64,000 nt of DNA from Phoronis australis (taxonomy: Eukaryota > Animalia > Phoronida), in NCBI GenBank assembly GCA_002633005.1, contig NMRA01001008.1, positions 7,562 to 71,561 on the forward strand. Direction: 5' to 3'. Positions within the stretch are counted from its first letter, which is position 1. Each line of letters begins with the position of its first letter. Positions 37,312 through 48,734 of the stretch are shown piece after piece. Made by a program: the position numbers and the translations under genes. The notes under the pieces are model-generated. The model worked only from the letters and a program-made list of their open reading frames with translations. It ran no database searches and had not been told where the DNA came from.

Positions 37312-40050
37312 TAGTCGGTGGGCCAGATTTTGTAGGGCCTCTAGAAAATGTTTTTGTGAGTACTTTAGGGGGGCAATTTTATTTTGGTGTTTTTTAATTC
37401 ATTTATTAGAGTGTTTTCAAAATCTAAAAAGTTCCCACATATAAAGTTGCACATTTTTTAGGAAATTTGAGTTTAAAGTTACCTAATAATCACCAAAGAA
37501 CTTAGTAAACTTATATTTGTAAAAACATCAGTTTTGGTGAGTTTTTTGTAAAACAAGTAATATGGTCCCATCAGTGCCATTGTATTGAACAATATTACAC
37601 TCACATTACATGTTTTACTATTGTAAATTAATTGTAAACAGTGAAATTTAAAAAATGTAATAAGGCACCTAGTGGCAAAAATGCAAACTAAGTCTGAATG
37701 TTACTAGGAAGTTATTCTGGCATTGTCAGCCAACAAAAATACAACAAAACACTTGAGACTGGGCAAAATTTGTGCCTCAATGACTAAAACATTGACTAAT
37801 GGTGTAAAATACAGCTTGTTTGCATAATACACCAGAAATACGTTATAGTACAAAAACAATATAGTTGAATGATCTCTGTGAATGTGCACAAAGAGTGTAT
37901 GAAAATAATAGATAATTCTGACAGCGTTTCTCAAACAGTATGAGACAAATACATGACAATGATCAAAGTATGTACTTTCTATGACTTATTCAACAAATAA
38001 AATTAACTTTTTAATACAAAAAAGGAAATAACGGGTTGGAGGTCTAGTTAGGGTTGACTTGTCAAAAAACTATCCAATGTTATGCAGTCAGTGTTGCTGA
38101 TGTTACTACAGTTGCACATTTATGTACAGTTTGACCCAGCATTGCAGCACAAACTCAGTTTCCTAGCACACATGTTCTTTTTGCACTTGCAGCGTTCATC
38201 GTTTAGTACTATCAATGGAGATGCGGTTATTGCCATACATATTAACTGCAAAGCTCCACCGCCAAGGAGCCAAATATGGTCGATTAGAGAGGGTACAGCA
38301 CTGCACACTGGTGATTAGCCCGCAGGCAATGAAGGGTCAAACACTAAGTCCTTGTTTGGAGGCGGGCACTATTTGGGCAAACGTTTGATTCAAAATATGT
38401 TATAATGGGCTGTGTTAATTAGAGTCAGCATGTGAATTATTGAACACTAGCCTCAACTATGAGTGAGTTGTCATGCAACTTTTTCAGACGGGCTTATCAG
38501 GAACTGATCCACCACCAGCCTAACAAATTTACAAGCCGTCTGATCTGTAGCCTAATAATGTTGATCGTCTAATAATTAGATCAGTTGATGCAACTGAAAA
38601 TAAATCAGCTGATATACCAGTGCAGTGATTGAAACTTATTTCTTTTAAATCAGATGCTCAAACCATAGTCAATCGATTGACACTGAAGATAATCGACGTT
38701 TGACGAAATGGGCAGTGGCTTCCATCGTCCTCAAATTTCGACGGCGACGATGGCCACTTAGGCACTTTAATTTAACTATCATTGCAGCTACCTAAGTAAT
38801 TAATGTTTACAAAAAATTGAGACTGCGGCAGGGGATGACGACCACTTGGACATGTTGTTTGCAACCATCTACTCCATTTAACCTTGTCAAAAATTTTTGA
38901 CTTAAAGTGCTTTAAAATCACACCCACAGTATAACGCCATAGGGTTATCCCTTAGCGCAAGCAGTGTCGATGTGGCAACTGAAGGGAGTGTTTGAAAAAC
39001 AGGATTGCAGGAGTATTTGTTTAAACTGGGAACAAATAAAAACATTAACGACCTCCTCAGAGGCATCCCTCTACGCGGTACTTCTAAACTTATAGGAACA
39101 TAATTTGCCGAAAAGTATCCGGCATATGGAGTACCTATGGTATGATCATCGTCTCTACTGGGTCAGCAGTATTGTCTAAGGCCTAGGCAGCCAAGGGACT
39201 GAACAAGTTAAAAACAACTGGTGATAATACTGAAATACACATGGAAAACACCGAGATGTATATTTAAAAAACACGTACCTGTTTTTGAAAGCTATACTTC
39301 TGTCTCTTTCTTGAAATGTGGCCCATAATGTACTTTTCCTGCTAACAAATGATGCACTCATGTTTCAGAGTGTTCCTATCTTGTTCAGGTTAATTGGGTG
39401 TTTCAGAGTTTGGAAGTATAATTGATTTTCTTGGGAAAACTTTGATAACATCTGTATCACTTTCAGCAACTTCAGCTTAAGTACTACTGTTGGTGCCTTG
39501 AAACGTTGCTATGCCATTCTATGTCCTTTCAATTTTTGATGTGACACTTGGTCTTCTAGTCTACAGCACTCAGCAGTAAACTGTGTAGGCTACCAAGACA
39601 TGCAGCTGTTTTATGCACAAACGTTTGTGACACCTCTTCTTCTTTTTGATCTACTGATCTGAAGAGTTCCACAGTCAATCACCTTTCATCAGGAAGCTTT
39701 CCTAAGCTTCTTTAGGCTCTGACATCACAATTTTGTGCTGTTTGATAAACCTTGAGTTATACAGGCATCGCACTCCATGGGAGCAGCCATATTGAAGTAA
39801 CTAAGCACAACAATACAACCTGGCTCTCTGATTGGTCAATTCAATAGAAAAGCGCCATCAAGTGGCAGGAATGTGCATCATATTTTGTGCAACAAAAGCA
39901 CCTTTTTTTAAAAAATGTGCAAGTGTAGACGTGGGAACTTTTTGGAATTTGATTTATAGGTATATTATCTAGCAACATATAAAAAACTAGATTGCCCCCC
40001 CCACAAAGTACTCACAAGGATGAACGCTATGAGATCTGACCCAACGACTA
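37312..40050 (-). mobile_element. Academ DNA transposon, family A, copy 2 (2.74-kb internal-deletion derivative) in the last TADA2A intron
   Basis: TIRs TAGTCGGTGGGCCAGAT and ATCTGACCCAACGACTA. TSD TAC at 37309-37311 and 40051-40053. Retains the decayed transposase C-terminus (LHCLRANHQ...CKCKKNMC...CC..G..CT..CNC) at about 38090-38390. Confidence 0.88.
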
Positions 40051-40616
40051 TACTGACAAAAAAACTTTATGGGCTGATCTGAAGTAATAACATTATTTTT
40101 TCTGAAACCTCAAATCATTTCAAAATTGAGTATGCAACAAAATGAGATTTTATAACAAAAGTGGCCTAATGCAACACTTCTTTCAATTTGGGATACAACT
40201 ATGGCTGAAGTTACCATTCTCCAGAGGCTTATTACTTCCACTGCAAATGACAAAAATTTTATGTCATGGGGGACAACTATAAAATTTACAAAATACATTT
40301 AAAGTAAAATTTTCTGAGAACTCACTTTTATCTTACTGATATCTGGATATCATCCAGAAACACTCTTCTGACACAAAGTACTGTCGAGTCCCACCCACCT
40401 TGGCCCCAGAGGATGGGGCATATTGAAACGCGGCATGCATAGTCATAACAATTGCCTGCATGCTTTTGCCAAATTTGGCTATGATCCAACGTGTTTTTTT
40501 AGCATATCAAGCAAACAGCTGGACATTAGGACAGGATCTTGGCAACAGGCATCCACATATTAAACATAATTATAATAGGACATACAAATGTTCTAATGTA
40601 ACTGCTACAAACATAC

Positions 40617-40690
40617 CTCTTTTTCCTTGTCATTAAGTTTCTCAAAGCCACGCAGATCCAGAATTTTCAACGGGGGAAAGACCCGGCGAG
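40617..40690 (-). CDS. TADA2A: TADA2A exon
   Basis: ARRVFPPLKILDLRGFEKLNDKEKE, phase 1 to 0, acceptor ttacag and donor gtatgt. Confidence 0.85.
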
Positions 40691-40860
40691 CTGTAAGAGA
40701 ATTTTTTTGAATATCAAGAGTACTGTACAATAGCTTGGCACTATATTTATCATTTAAGCAACATACATATATAATGTAAGGTGCCAGTTTGAACTTTTTT
40801 CTCTAAAAAACATTTTGCACTTATTAATCATTGTTTATCAGCCATTCAATTAAGTAGTAC

Positions 40861-40948
40861 CTGGCTGGGGTAAGGCAGTGGGTATCCCTTTGGACAAACT
40901 CTCAAGTGCTGCTTGCCGCTGGAGACAATTGGCGCATGCTGCTTCGTC
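40861..40948 (-). CDS. TADA2A: TADA2A exon
   Basis: DEAACANCLQRQAALESLSKGIPTALPQP, phase 0 to 1. An alternative in-frame acceptor at 40954 is possible. Confidence 0.8.
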
Positions 40949-42736
40949 CTGATACTGAAAGAAAAAGGTAACAAAAGCATTAAAGAAAATGTAACAATTA
41001 TAATACTGCACCTTTTTATTCACCAAACAGCAGTACCAGCAATACAGTTCATGTCAATAATTTTTAGCCAACTGGTTGGAAAAGAGTTGGCTCTGACCAG
41101 ACAAGCAGTGGTACACTACAAATCATAGGCTTTAGTGCCACTTCTGGTTGTGAAGACACTGGACATGATTTTACTGAAATTCTAGCACACAACTACGAGA
41201 ACGGGGGATTTGTAATAAATTCACAAAAAAGAACAAAGTTTGACACTTTTATAGCTCTCGTCTCGTCCCATACAACACCGATGCCAACAGTGCATAAAAG
41301 TGCCATAAAACTAGAAAACGTAAACTTTCTTTACAGATACAGTTCCTCTCTACGTTTATCCACTGAACTCGACTATCAGATAAGTAAATATAAGTAAGTA
41401 GGTAGTAGGTGGATACTAGATAGGTATTAGCTAGACCCTACGGAGGTATTAAGAAGGCAGGAGGGTAGGTAAGTAGGCGAGAAGGGAACAGAAAGATAGA
41501 CAAGTTAGACACTAGGTAGGCATCTAAATAAAGTCGAGTATTGCCTTCCATTCTATGAGACTCGCGAATGAAGAATTCAAACTCCTATATATTATAAATT
41601 TATCCCAGATTTCGTACTTTGCAAAATCCGAAAATCAGTATTGAAAACTTGCTTTACGATTGGTCGCACCAAGAATTGAGTACCTGCATGTTGAAATTGT
41701 AGGATTGAGTGTCATATCACGGACAAACTGCTCATCAGAAACTGACCTGCACATGGCCACATCAGAATCACATGAACAAGAGTCATCATCAGAAATGAGT
41801 GCTGTTTAATCTGACGGTCATTAAATGATTTCACTTGGCTCAATAACTGGCATTTGTGGCATGACTAATTTAGTATGACATCATCAGATCAAAATCTGTG
41901 AGCCCCAGATGGCACACCAATATTTGGGTGTTGTTTCATGGAGGCAAAAAAGAAGTGAAGGTAAGACCTTTACATATAGTGGCACGTTAATTTAAAAGCA
42001 GAGAAACAAAAAATCCCTTCCCAACCCAGCCCATTGTTTGATCAAGTTAAGTTCACTAATTTATTTTACTTTTTGACATTGTCTGAGATCAAAATTCTAC
42101 TGCTTTATCAGTCGAGCTACTGACTTTGCTGCTGCAGATTCTTCCTCACAGTGGGCAATGCATGGAACATAAAATCCTTCGTCTATGGAATATTTCAAGA
42201 GATTTGCCATTTTTCGTACGCCATAAGTACATCCCACCTCACACATCAGTGAAAATATGCCTACATAGCGGGAAAGGTGTTAAAGCGCTGTATACCACTA
42301 CGTTAAAACGTCCTTTTCTTATTACATGGGATCTGTACGTGGTGCTGAACGCCTGCTCATCAAAGATGTGCACGTCATCTGGTGGTATAGTGAATATCCA
42401 AACGGCATGGCTATTGAAAATTATCAATGAAACCATGACAATGGACAGTAGAGAGGTCATTCCACCTAACACAATGCAAAATGTAAGCGATTAACAGAAA
42501 TTTTGTCTTTCGTCCTATGAACAAAAAATGCAAAAACTTGTCTTTTGTTTAACTTTTAGTAAACACTCATTTGATGCTGTCCTTAAACTGTAGTTATCTC
42601 CCATGAAATTTAGGTTTGACTTGATTCAAAATAGCCATGTACCCGATTCGCTAATCGGCGCATTTGGAAGTGAATGTGAAACTCGTCAAAAGGTGCGCTT
42701 GGCAGAAAACAGAACATTCAGTTCAATTTGAAATAC

Positions 42737-42897
42737 CTGTGCTTGATTTAGAACATCACTCAATAGATGGCACTTTGGCTTCTCCCATTCCTTTCTTTTG
42801 AGCAGTCGCTTATACACTGACCCAGCCCGGGTACACGTGATTCCAGCCTCTCGTAATTCTTGGAGAAACTTAATGGAATCCATCAGCTGGTACTCAT
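42737..42897 (-). CDS. TADA2A: TADA2A exon
   Basis: EYQLMDSIKFLQELREAGITCTRAGSVYKRLLKRKEWEKPKCHLLSDVLNQAQ, phase 1 to 0. Confidence 0.85.
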
Positions 42898-43193
42898 CTA
42901 AAACGCAAATCAATCAACAAATAACAAATTAATGACACAGTAACAGAGAGAGAAATTCACAATCAGGTCATCTTTCAAAAAATATAGCTTCCCTACAATA
43001 TTAGTCACTGTAGATTTCAATGTTTTGATTGAATCACATTTAAGAATCATCAAATGACTTAAAGTCTAGTAAATACACTCAAAACTGAGAGCTGGTCATG
43101 GTAAAGATACAGTTCACTATGAACTAGCTAAAAAAAGAGAATTCTCAGCAAAGGTCAGCAGTGGATCTTGCTTTTTGATTGGTTTATACTCAC

Positions 43194-43301
43194 AGCTCAA
43201 TAACTCTAGATATTTAATGTATTCAGTGGGCATCATCAATCTCATGAAGACTCGCAGCTTATGAACAAATGGAAGACTCTTCTCATACCGAAGATGCAGC
43301 A
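43194..43301 (-). CDS. TADA2A: TADA2A exon
   Basis: LHLRYEKSLPFVHKLRVFMRLMMPTEYIKYLELLS, phase 1 to 1, donor gtgagt. Confidence 0.8.
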
Positions 43302-45040
43302 CTGAAAAAAGAACAAATTAACCCAATGACTGACAAAGCTATGAACAAAAGATGCAAACAATGCAAACTACAGACCCAAAATATGACTGGCTGAAGCTTG
43401 GTGAATGTTGGCCAAGCTCCTTCTCAAAGACCTAGATTCTGAGGCCCCCAACTTATTAGAGATCAAAAGGATTCAATTGTTTTTGCTAGATGACTTTATT
43501 TCATCTTAAGAAATTGAACAAAAAGTGAGTGTTTACTGCCCGCATTACTTTTCATTACCGAACCAGGAAGTTGGAAAGAAGAGTAATCATGTCAAATGTC
43601 AAAATAAATCAATTTTTGTTAAAAAACTTCCAGGAAAAAAGAAAACGGTTCATTTAAATGACAAACTTTATGTTGATAGAATATAAATACAGTAAAGAAT
43701 GTTATGAGGTTGATTTTGAAGTCGTAAAATGGTAAAAAGTTTTTAAACAGCTAAAAAAGAAGTGAAAAAGCAACTTCATCAACTATGGGTGGCTTACTTA
43801 TGACCAGAAACAGTTGCCTAACAAAAGCTCCCAAAATACACTCTTTTCTCCCATTTTGACTTTCACACCCTATTCCACCACTTCCCACACCACATGAACT
43901 CAATACGTAAATTGTTAACATATTTTAGAAAATAGTTTAACCGTTAGCATTTTTAGTTATGTAGAATTACAAAGTCATGCATCTCCCATGACATCTAATG
44001 CATTAATGCAAACCGCATTATCGTACCAAAAGTAAGTTATCGAATAGTATGATTTTATGTACATGTATGTATGCTAGTTTAGGTTGAAAATTGAAGTTGA
44101 CCTTCAGCTATGTGACGTTGCCAAAGTCGTAATTCAAAGAAAAGGTGCTTGGTCGGCATTCACCATTCGAAGAGTCGTCAAAAAGGTTGCCCCTAATGCT
44201 GTGCTTTACGATTTGCCATCAGGTTATGAGAACGAGCATTAGAAACTGTCACGTGACAATTTATAAAGAGTGGCTATACTCAAAAGCGACAGTCATGCAC
44301 ATGATATAAAAAATTTTCATTTTTCCAAAAGAAGGAACTCTCAATACTGTTCTTCCTGGCAAGTCAACAAATATCGTATTTAAGAACTTCCAAGCAAAGT
44401 AACAGTAAAAGAGCCAACATTAAACAAATTGGTGAATATTGAATGATATGTTTGCCCTAAGTTGAGATTTGATGTGAGTCGTCAATTCCCACTAAATCTG
44501 TACAGCTCAGAACATTACTCGTGGCTAAACTAATTATTCCACTAACATAACTTACTTCACCCCATTCAAAATGTGTTTGCATTACAACTGGGAAAGCATA
44601 AAAATGTTTTTTACATTGTCTTATTGAAATTTAGCCCAGAATGGGATGTTTTCACGAAGCAGTCATGGTGACTGATCACAGCAGAACGGGTATATTCTAA
44701 ATATGATAGTATGACTTTTATGGAGGGCAACATGACTGCTGAAGACACAGAAGTTTGATTGACAAATTTGTCTCAGCTCAAGTACTAACTGTACAGCACT
44801 TTGTAGACCTACTTGCTCGTAAAAACAGCAAGATCTCACAAGACCACGCAAAATCACACGAGAGAAAAGCGATTGTTTCTAGAGTAATGTCAAAAGCATC
44901 CTAGCCTATCCAAGTAGCAAAATGTAAGCCACTGATTGGCCAGAAAGTTTGGGGAGTCAAATTGTGGGTTTGAATTCAGTTTCCATTTCATGAGTGAAGA
45001 ACTTAAAAGAAAAAAATAGGTCAAAAGGAAGTAGACCAAC

Positions 45041-45148
45041 CATGATTTTTCTGAAAATTCAGCAGCCCGTAATGTTTAATAATCCTTTTCCGTCGTTGAC
45101 GTTCCTTGAGGCGGCTTCGGTAAATATCCAACGCAGCCAGTTTAGCTT
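45041..45148 (-). CDS. TADA2A: TADA2A exon
   Basis: AKLAALDIYRSRLKERQRRKRIIKHYGLLNFQKNH, phase 1 to 1. Confidence 0.88.
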
Positions 45149-46849
45149 CTGAAAGTTATAAATAACACACTGACAGGGTGAACGCAGAACATGTTTTGTG
45201 ATGACATTTGTTGCACTTGATTCACTGGAACAGCCGTGCCAACTGACTAAGACACCTGACTGGTTTATAAGCAGGAAGTCATCATCGAGGTGCAATCCAA
45301 CGTCCTCGCCAGATTTAATGTTGATATCACTAACAAAAGTCAATTCCTGTCACTGTAAAGAAGAATACGTCACCGACTTTAAGAGCGTTTCTTTTAAAAG
45401 CGGCTCAATAAATTTTTGGGTTTTTTGCATTGAAAATGTTAATATCATTCAGCACAAAATGGTGCATGAGAACTATCAAGCTACAAAGGTACACCATTCC
45501 TTCCTAAGAGACTACACATAGTTTACACTGTTACACCCCATTACATGTATGTAGATGCTGTGACCAGTGGGTTACCCATTCATAACATGAGTAGGCCTAA
45601 TCATATTTTTCTCCAGAATTTGCTTAGAATTTTCTACACCTGTCTTCCTTCTCCACCAATTTACCCATCTCCAGTTTGTCTTCATTTTCTTCATTGAAAT
45701 AGATAAATTTGACATCCATTTTCGGCAAAGTGGTCGTGTGGTTCTGGGTGGGTCTTCACCATCTACAAAAGAAGGAACTCATAGCCATATACCGAATGAA
45801 GCTATGTGTGCATTTTCAGAAGCAGTGCCTATTTGTGAAAGTATACCTTTCTCAAAACGCTTGTTCAATCTTCTATTACACTTTATGGCAATTCACTTAT
45901 GATCAAAGAAGATAAATTTAAGGTGCAAAACTGTTCAATGTGACAGTTTTTTAAAAAATCATAATAATATGAAGCCCCGACAGCCTGACTAACGTGAAGG
46001 CAAGACAGCCTGTTCAGAATAATGTGAAAAGCGTTTTACCTGCCAGTTCTATTGACTATTATTCTGACATGTGTGCAGCGTAGGCATGTTATTAGTCGTC
46101 ACTGTCGTTGCTTGCAGAGTTTACATGATGTAAGTAGAAGTGTTCTTTTTTGCTTACTTGTCGTTACATTTCTAGTTTGTACATTGCATTATCTCGTGTC
46201 CCTAGTTTTAGAATTTTCACTCCATTTACTTTCGCCATATTTCCTCCTTCGTGGTTCATTCCGGGAGTTTGGGCGTTGTTCGCTGTGACCTTGAGATTGC
46301 AGTTCACAAACCAGTTAGTTTTTTGCGCCTATATTTTCGTTATAACTGTTGAGTATGATTTGATATTTCGCTCTGTTTGGATCACTGGCTCATGGTGGAT
46401 TTGTGGATAAATTATGTTCGACTTCGTTTTCCTACCTAGTATTTTGATATTAAAGATCAAAGGTCAACTCCTGCTGCCATTTTGTTACCTGTATATTTTC
46501 ATGGTTGGTGTATACTATGTTTTTTTGTATATAATGTCACTACTTTGCTTGCAGTATATTTCCTGGCAGTGACTATGTGTTTTGTTTGTTTCAGTTAACG
46601 GTTGGTCAATATACGTCAAGTAAATCGAATAAAGCATACTGTAGAATCACCTGCATTTCCCTCCATAGCCAACAAAGCGCCAGAACAACGGGTATTTATT
46701 TGTTTCGTATAATACATCATATAAGAAGGCCACAAAAGGTGTAGCAAAAGCCCAAGCCATCTGAAATAATGCAGAACTGCAGAACTTATTTGCTCAATCT
46801 CTAGAACATTCATAAAAGAACATGGTTGATTTAGAGACACAAGGAAACC

Positions 46850-47800
46850 TTAACTGCCACTAAGCAACGCCCCAGCATTCGAACACAAAATCGACGTTAA
46901 GCGTACTCTCCTCTGACATATCAAGTTTCATGAAGATCCATCGAGAAACTTAGTAGAGAGGCAAAAAACAATATCGCCACTGGGGAGGAGGGGTGCACCG
47001 TAGTTAAATCCGTTCAAAAATAAACATCAGCTGTGATGATGTCAATAGGAATATATGCTGTGAAAATTGATAATGAAAAGTGGTAATAGTCAGATTTAAT
47101 GTGCCTACATTTTGAGAACCAGTTTTCTACACTAATAACGGACATCAACCAACCTGGTTCGCAAAAAGAGAGCATGCTATATCCGACCATTGCTCCAAAA
47201 ATAATAATGGCCATTATTAGTGGATGCGTAAATGTTAAGCCATATATACATGAAAAGGTATTGTCACCTCATTAATTAAAAAAAATCGGCTAAATTTCAT
47301 GAACATTCTATGAGTAACATGGTAGATACATACAGTAGGTTATCCCACTTACATAGGAAAACTGTTATATCCTGTTGACAATTCACTTCATTTTGGGATG
47401 TCCTAATCAGACCCGAAGCATACTAGATAATAGCATTTCATGTTTATTATATAATACTGCATATTTCTTTGTTAATAGTCCTTTACTGGTGACAAAAAAC
47501 AAATAATTACTTGACAATGTGCATGTGGTCTTTGCTAGTAATGTAAGGGAATGGAAGCCGAAATCTACCAACAAAACGTGGTTTGGCAGATAGAGGGGCA
47601 GACCCCAAAAAACTGACGCATAAACAACAAAACATGGTAATTAGGCGGCACATTTACGAAAAAATCTGTCCTGAAATGGGAACCTGATGTTGATGCTAAT
47701 TACAGGATTTCAAGAAATTCTGTCAAGAAACTCGGTTGATACCTGAGATAAATATAAACAAGCATCTGCCACTGGGAGACCATATTGCCCCAACCAGCAC
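46850..47800. repeat. Degenerate tandem units related to the 25.7-26.9 kb Helentron-like array
   Basis: Recurring aagtttcatgaagatcc, aaatttcatgaac and gccact(g/a) motifs. Confidence 0.45.
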
Positions 47801-48734
47801 AAGGTGTTGCCTAAGGCTTAAGGCCACCCAAACCCCTCAGTTAAGGCATTGCTTGGAGAAAGGACACACTGCACCCACATCTAAGCCACTGTTGCTAAAC
47901 AATGCGTAAATTTTTGAGGTTATAATTTTAAGTGGTAATGAGTGATTTTGATCGCAATTGAAATTGTTGAATACTGAACATCGACGAACTCATCTCTAAA
48001 CAACATAATCAAAATCATACAGGGTGCAGCATTCATTCTGTTCATGTCTCTATGAACACAAAAATAAGATTCATGTTATTGTCTATTTAGTAATGGAATG
48101 ATAATGTTGTCATCTTGAAAATACGATCAAGCTGATCAATTTCGGCAGAAGCTTCCTTCTTGAGATATTCACAACATTGAATGATGTATGGACATTGCCC
48201 AAACATTTTCTAATTACAAAGTCAAGTTTCTCATTGTGACTTTGAAAATGATGTTGAGGTCACCATTATCGACTGGAGCCTGCACATGCCCCAACCCCTT
48301 AGCACAAAATAAGAACAAAATCTAATTAAGCTTCGTTCTTGAGATATCATGCCAACAATATTTGTGATGTACAGTATCTACATACGGTTGTGAGTACTAT
48401 GTCCATCGCTTTGCCCAAACAGGTGGCAAGGGACAAAAACTAAAACTACCATTACGGGACACTGCAGATAGTCAAATCTGTTGAAACAATTGGTTGTGCC
48501 ATCCCGTCTATGATAAGAAAATGTCTGCACAGTATCAGCCATGAATGTTTTTGGAGATACAGTACACAAGCACACACACGAACGGACAAAAATTACTCTG
48601 GAATTTCAGCTGAAAGTCTTTTTATCATTTAAAAGCTTAATACTTAGACCTCACCACCATGCACTCTATACTTACATCTTACTGGGATTGGAGCCGGGAC
48701 GAACTCATAGTCACCATTCCCAAATACTGTAACG

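Larger units (their letters stand above)
36840..45762 (-). pseudogene. TADA2A: Transcriptional adapter 2-alpha (Ada2a) copy, probably pseudogenised and 5'-truncated
   Basis: GT-AG exons at 45762-45665, 45148-45041, 43301-43194, 42897-42737, 40948-40861, 40690-40617 and 37040-36840; the last six are phase-compatible. Motifs: DPPR, LDIYRSRLKERQRRKRII, LQELREAGIT, EKLNDKEKE, and SWIRM end LAQARALLKIDVNKTRKLYDFL. The GYMPxRxDF segment is missing, there is a frameshift, and no ZZ/SANT exons were found. Confidence 0.85.

Noticed and set aside
42126-42494. 122-aa ORF in a TADA2A intron as a nested gene
   Set aside because: No motif, no ATG start and no splice support.
46030-46060. Possible TADA2A SANT exon end (NWQ followed by gt)
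   Set aside because: Immediately preceded by an in-frame stop, with no GFG motif.
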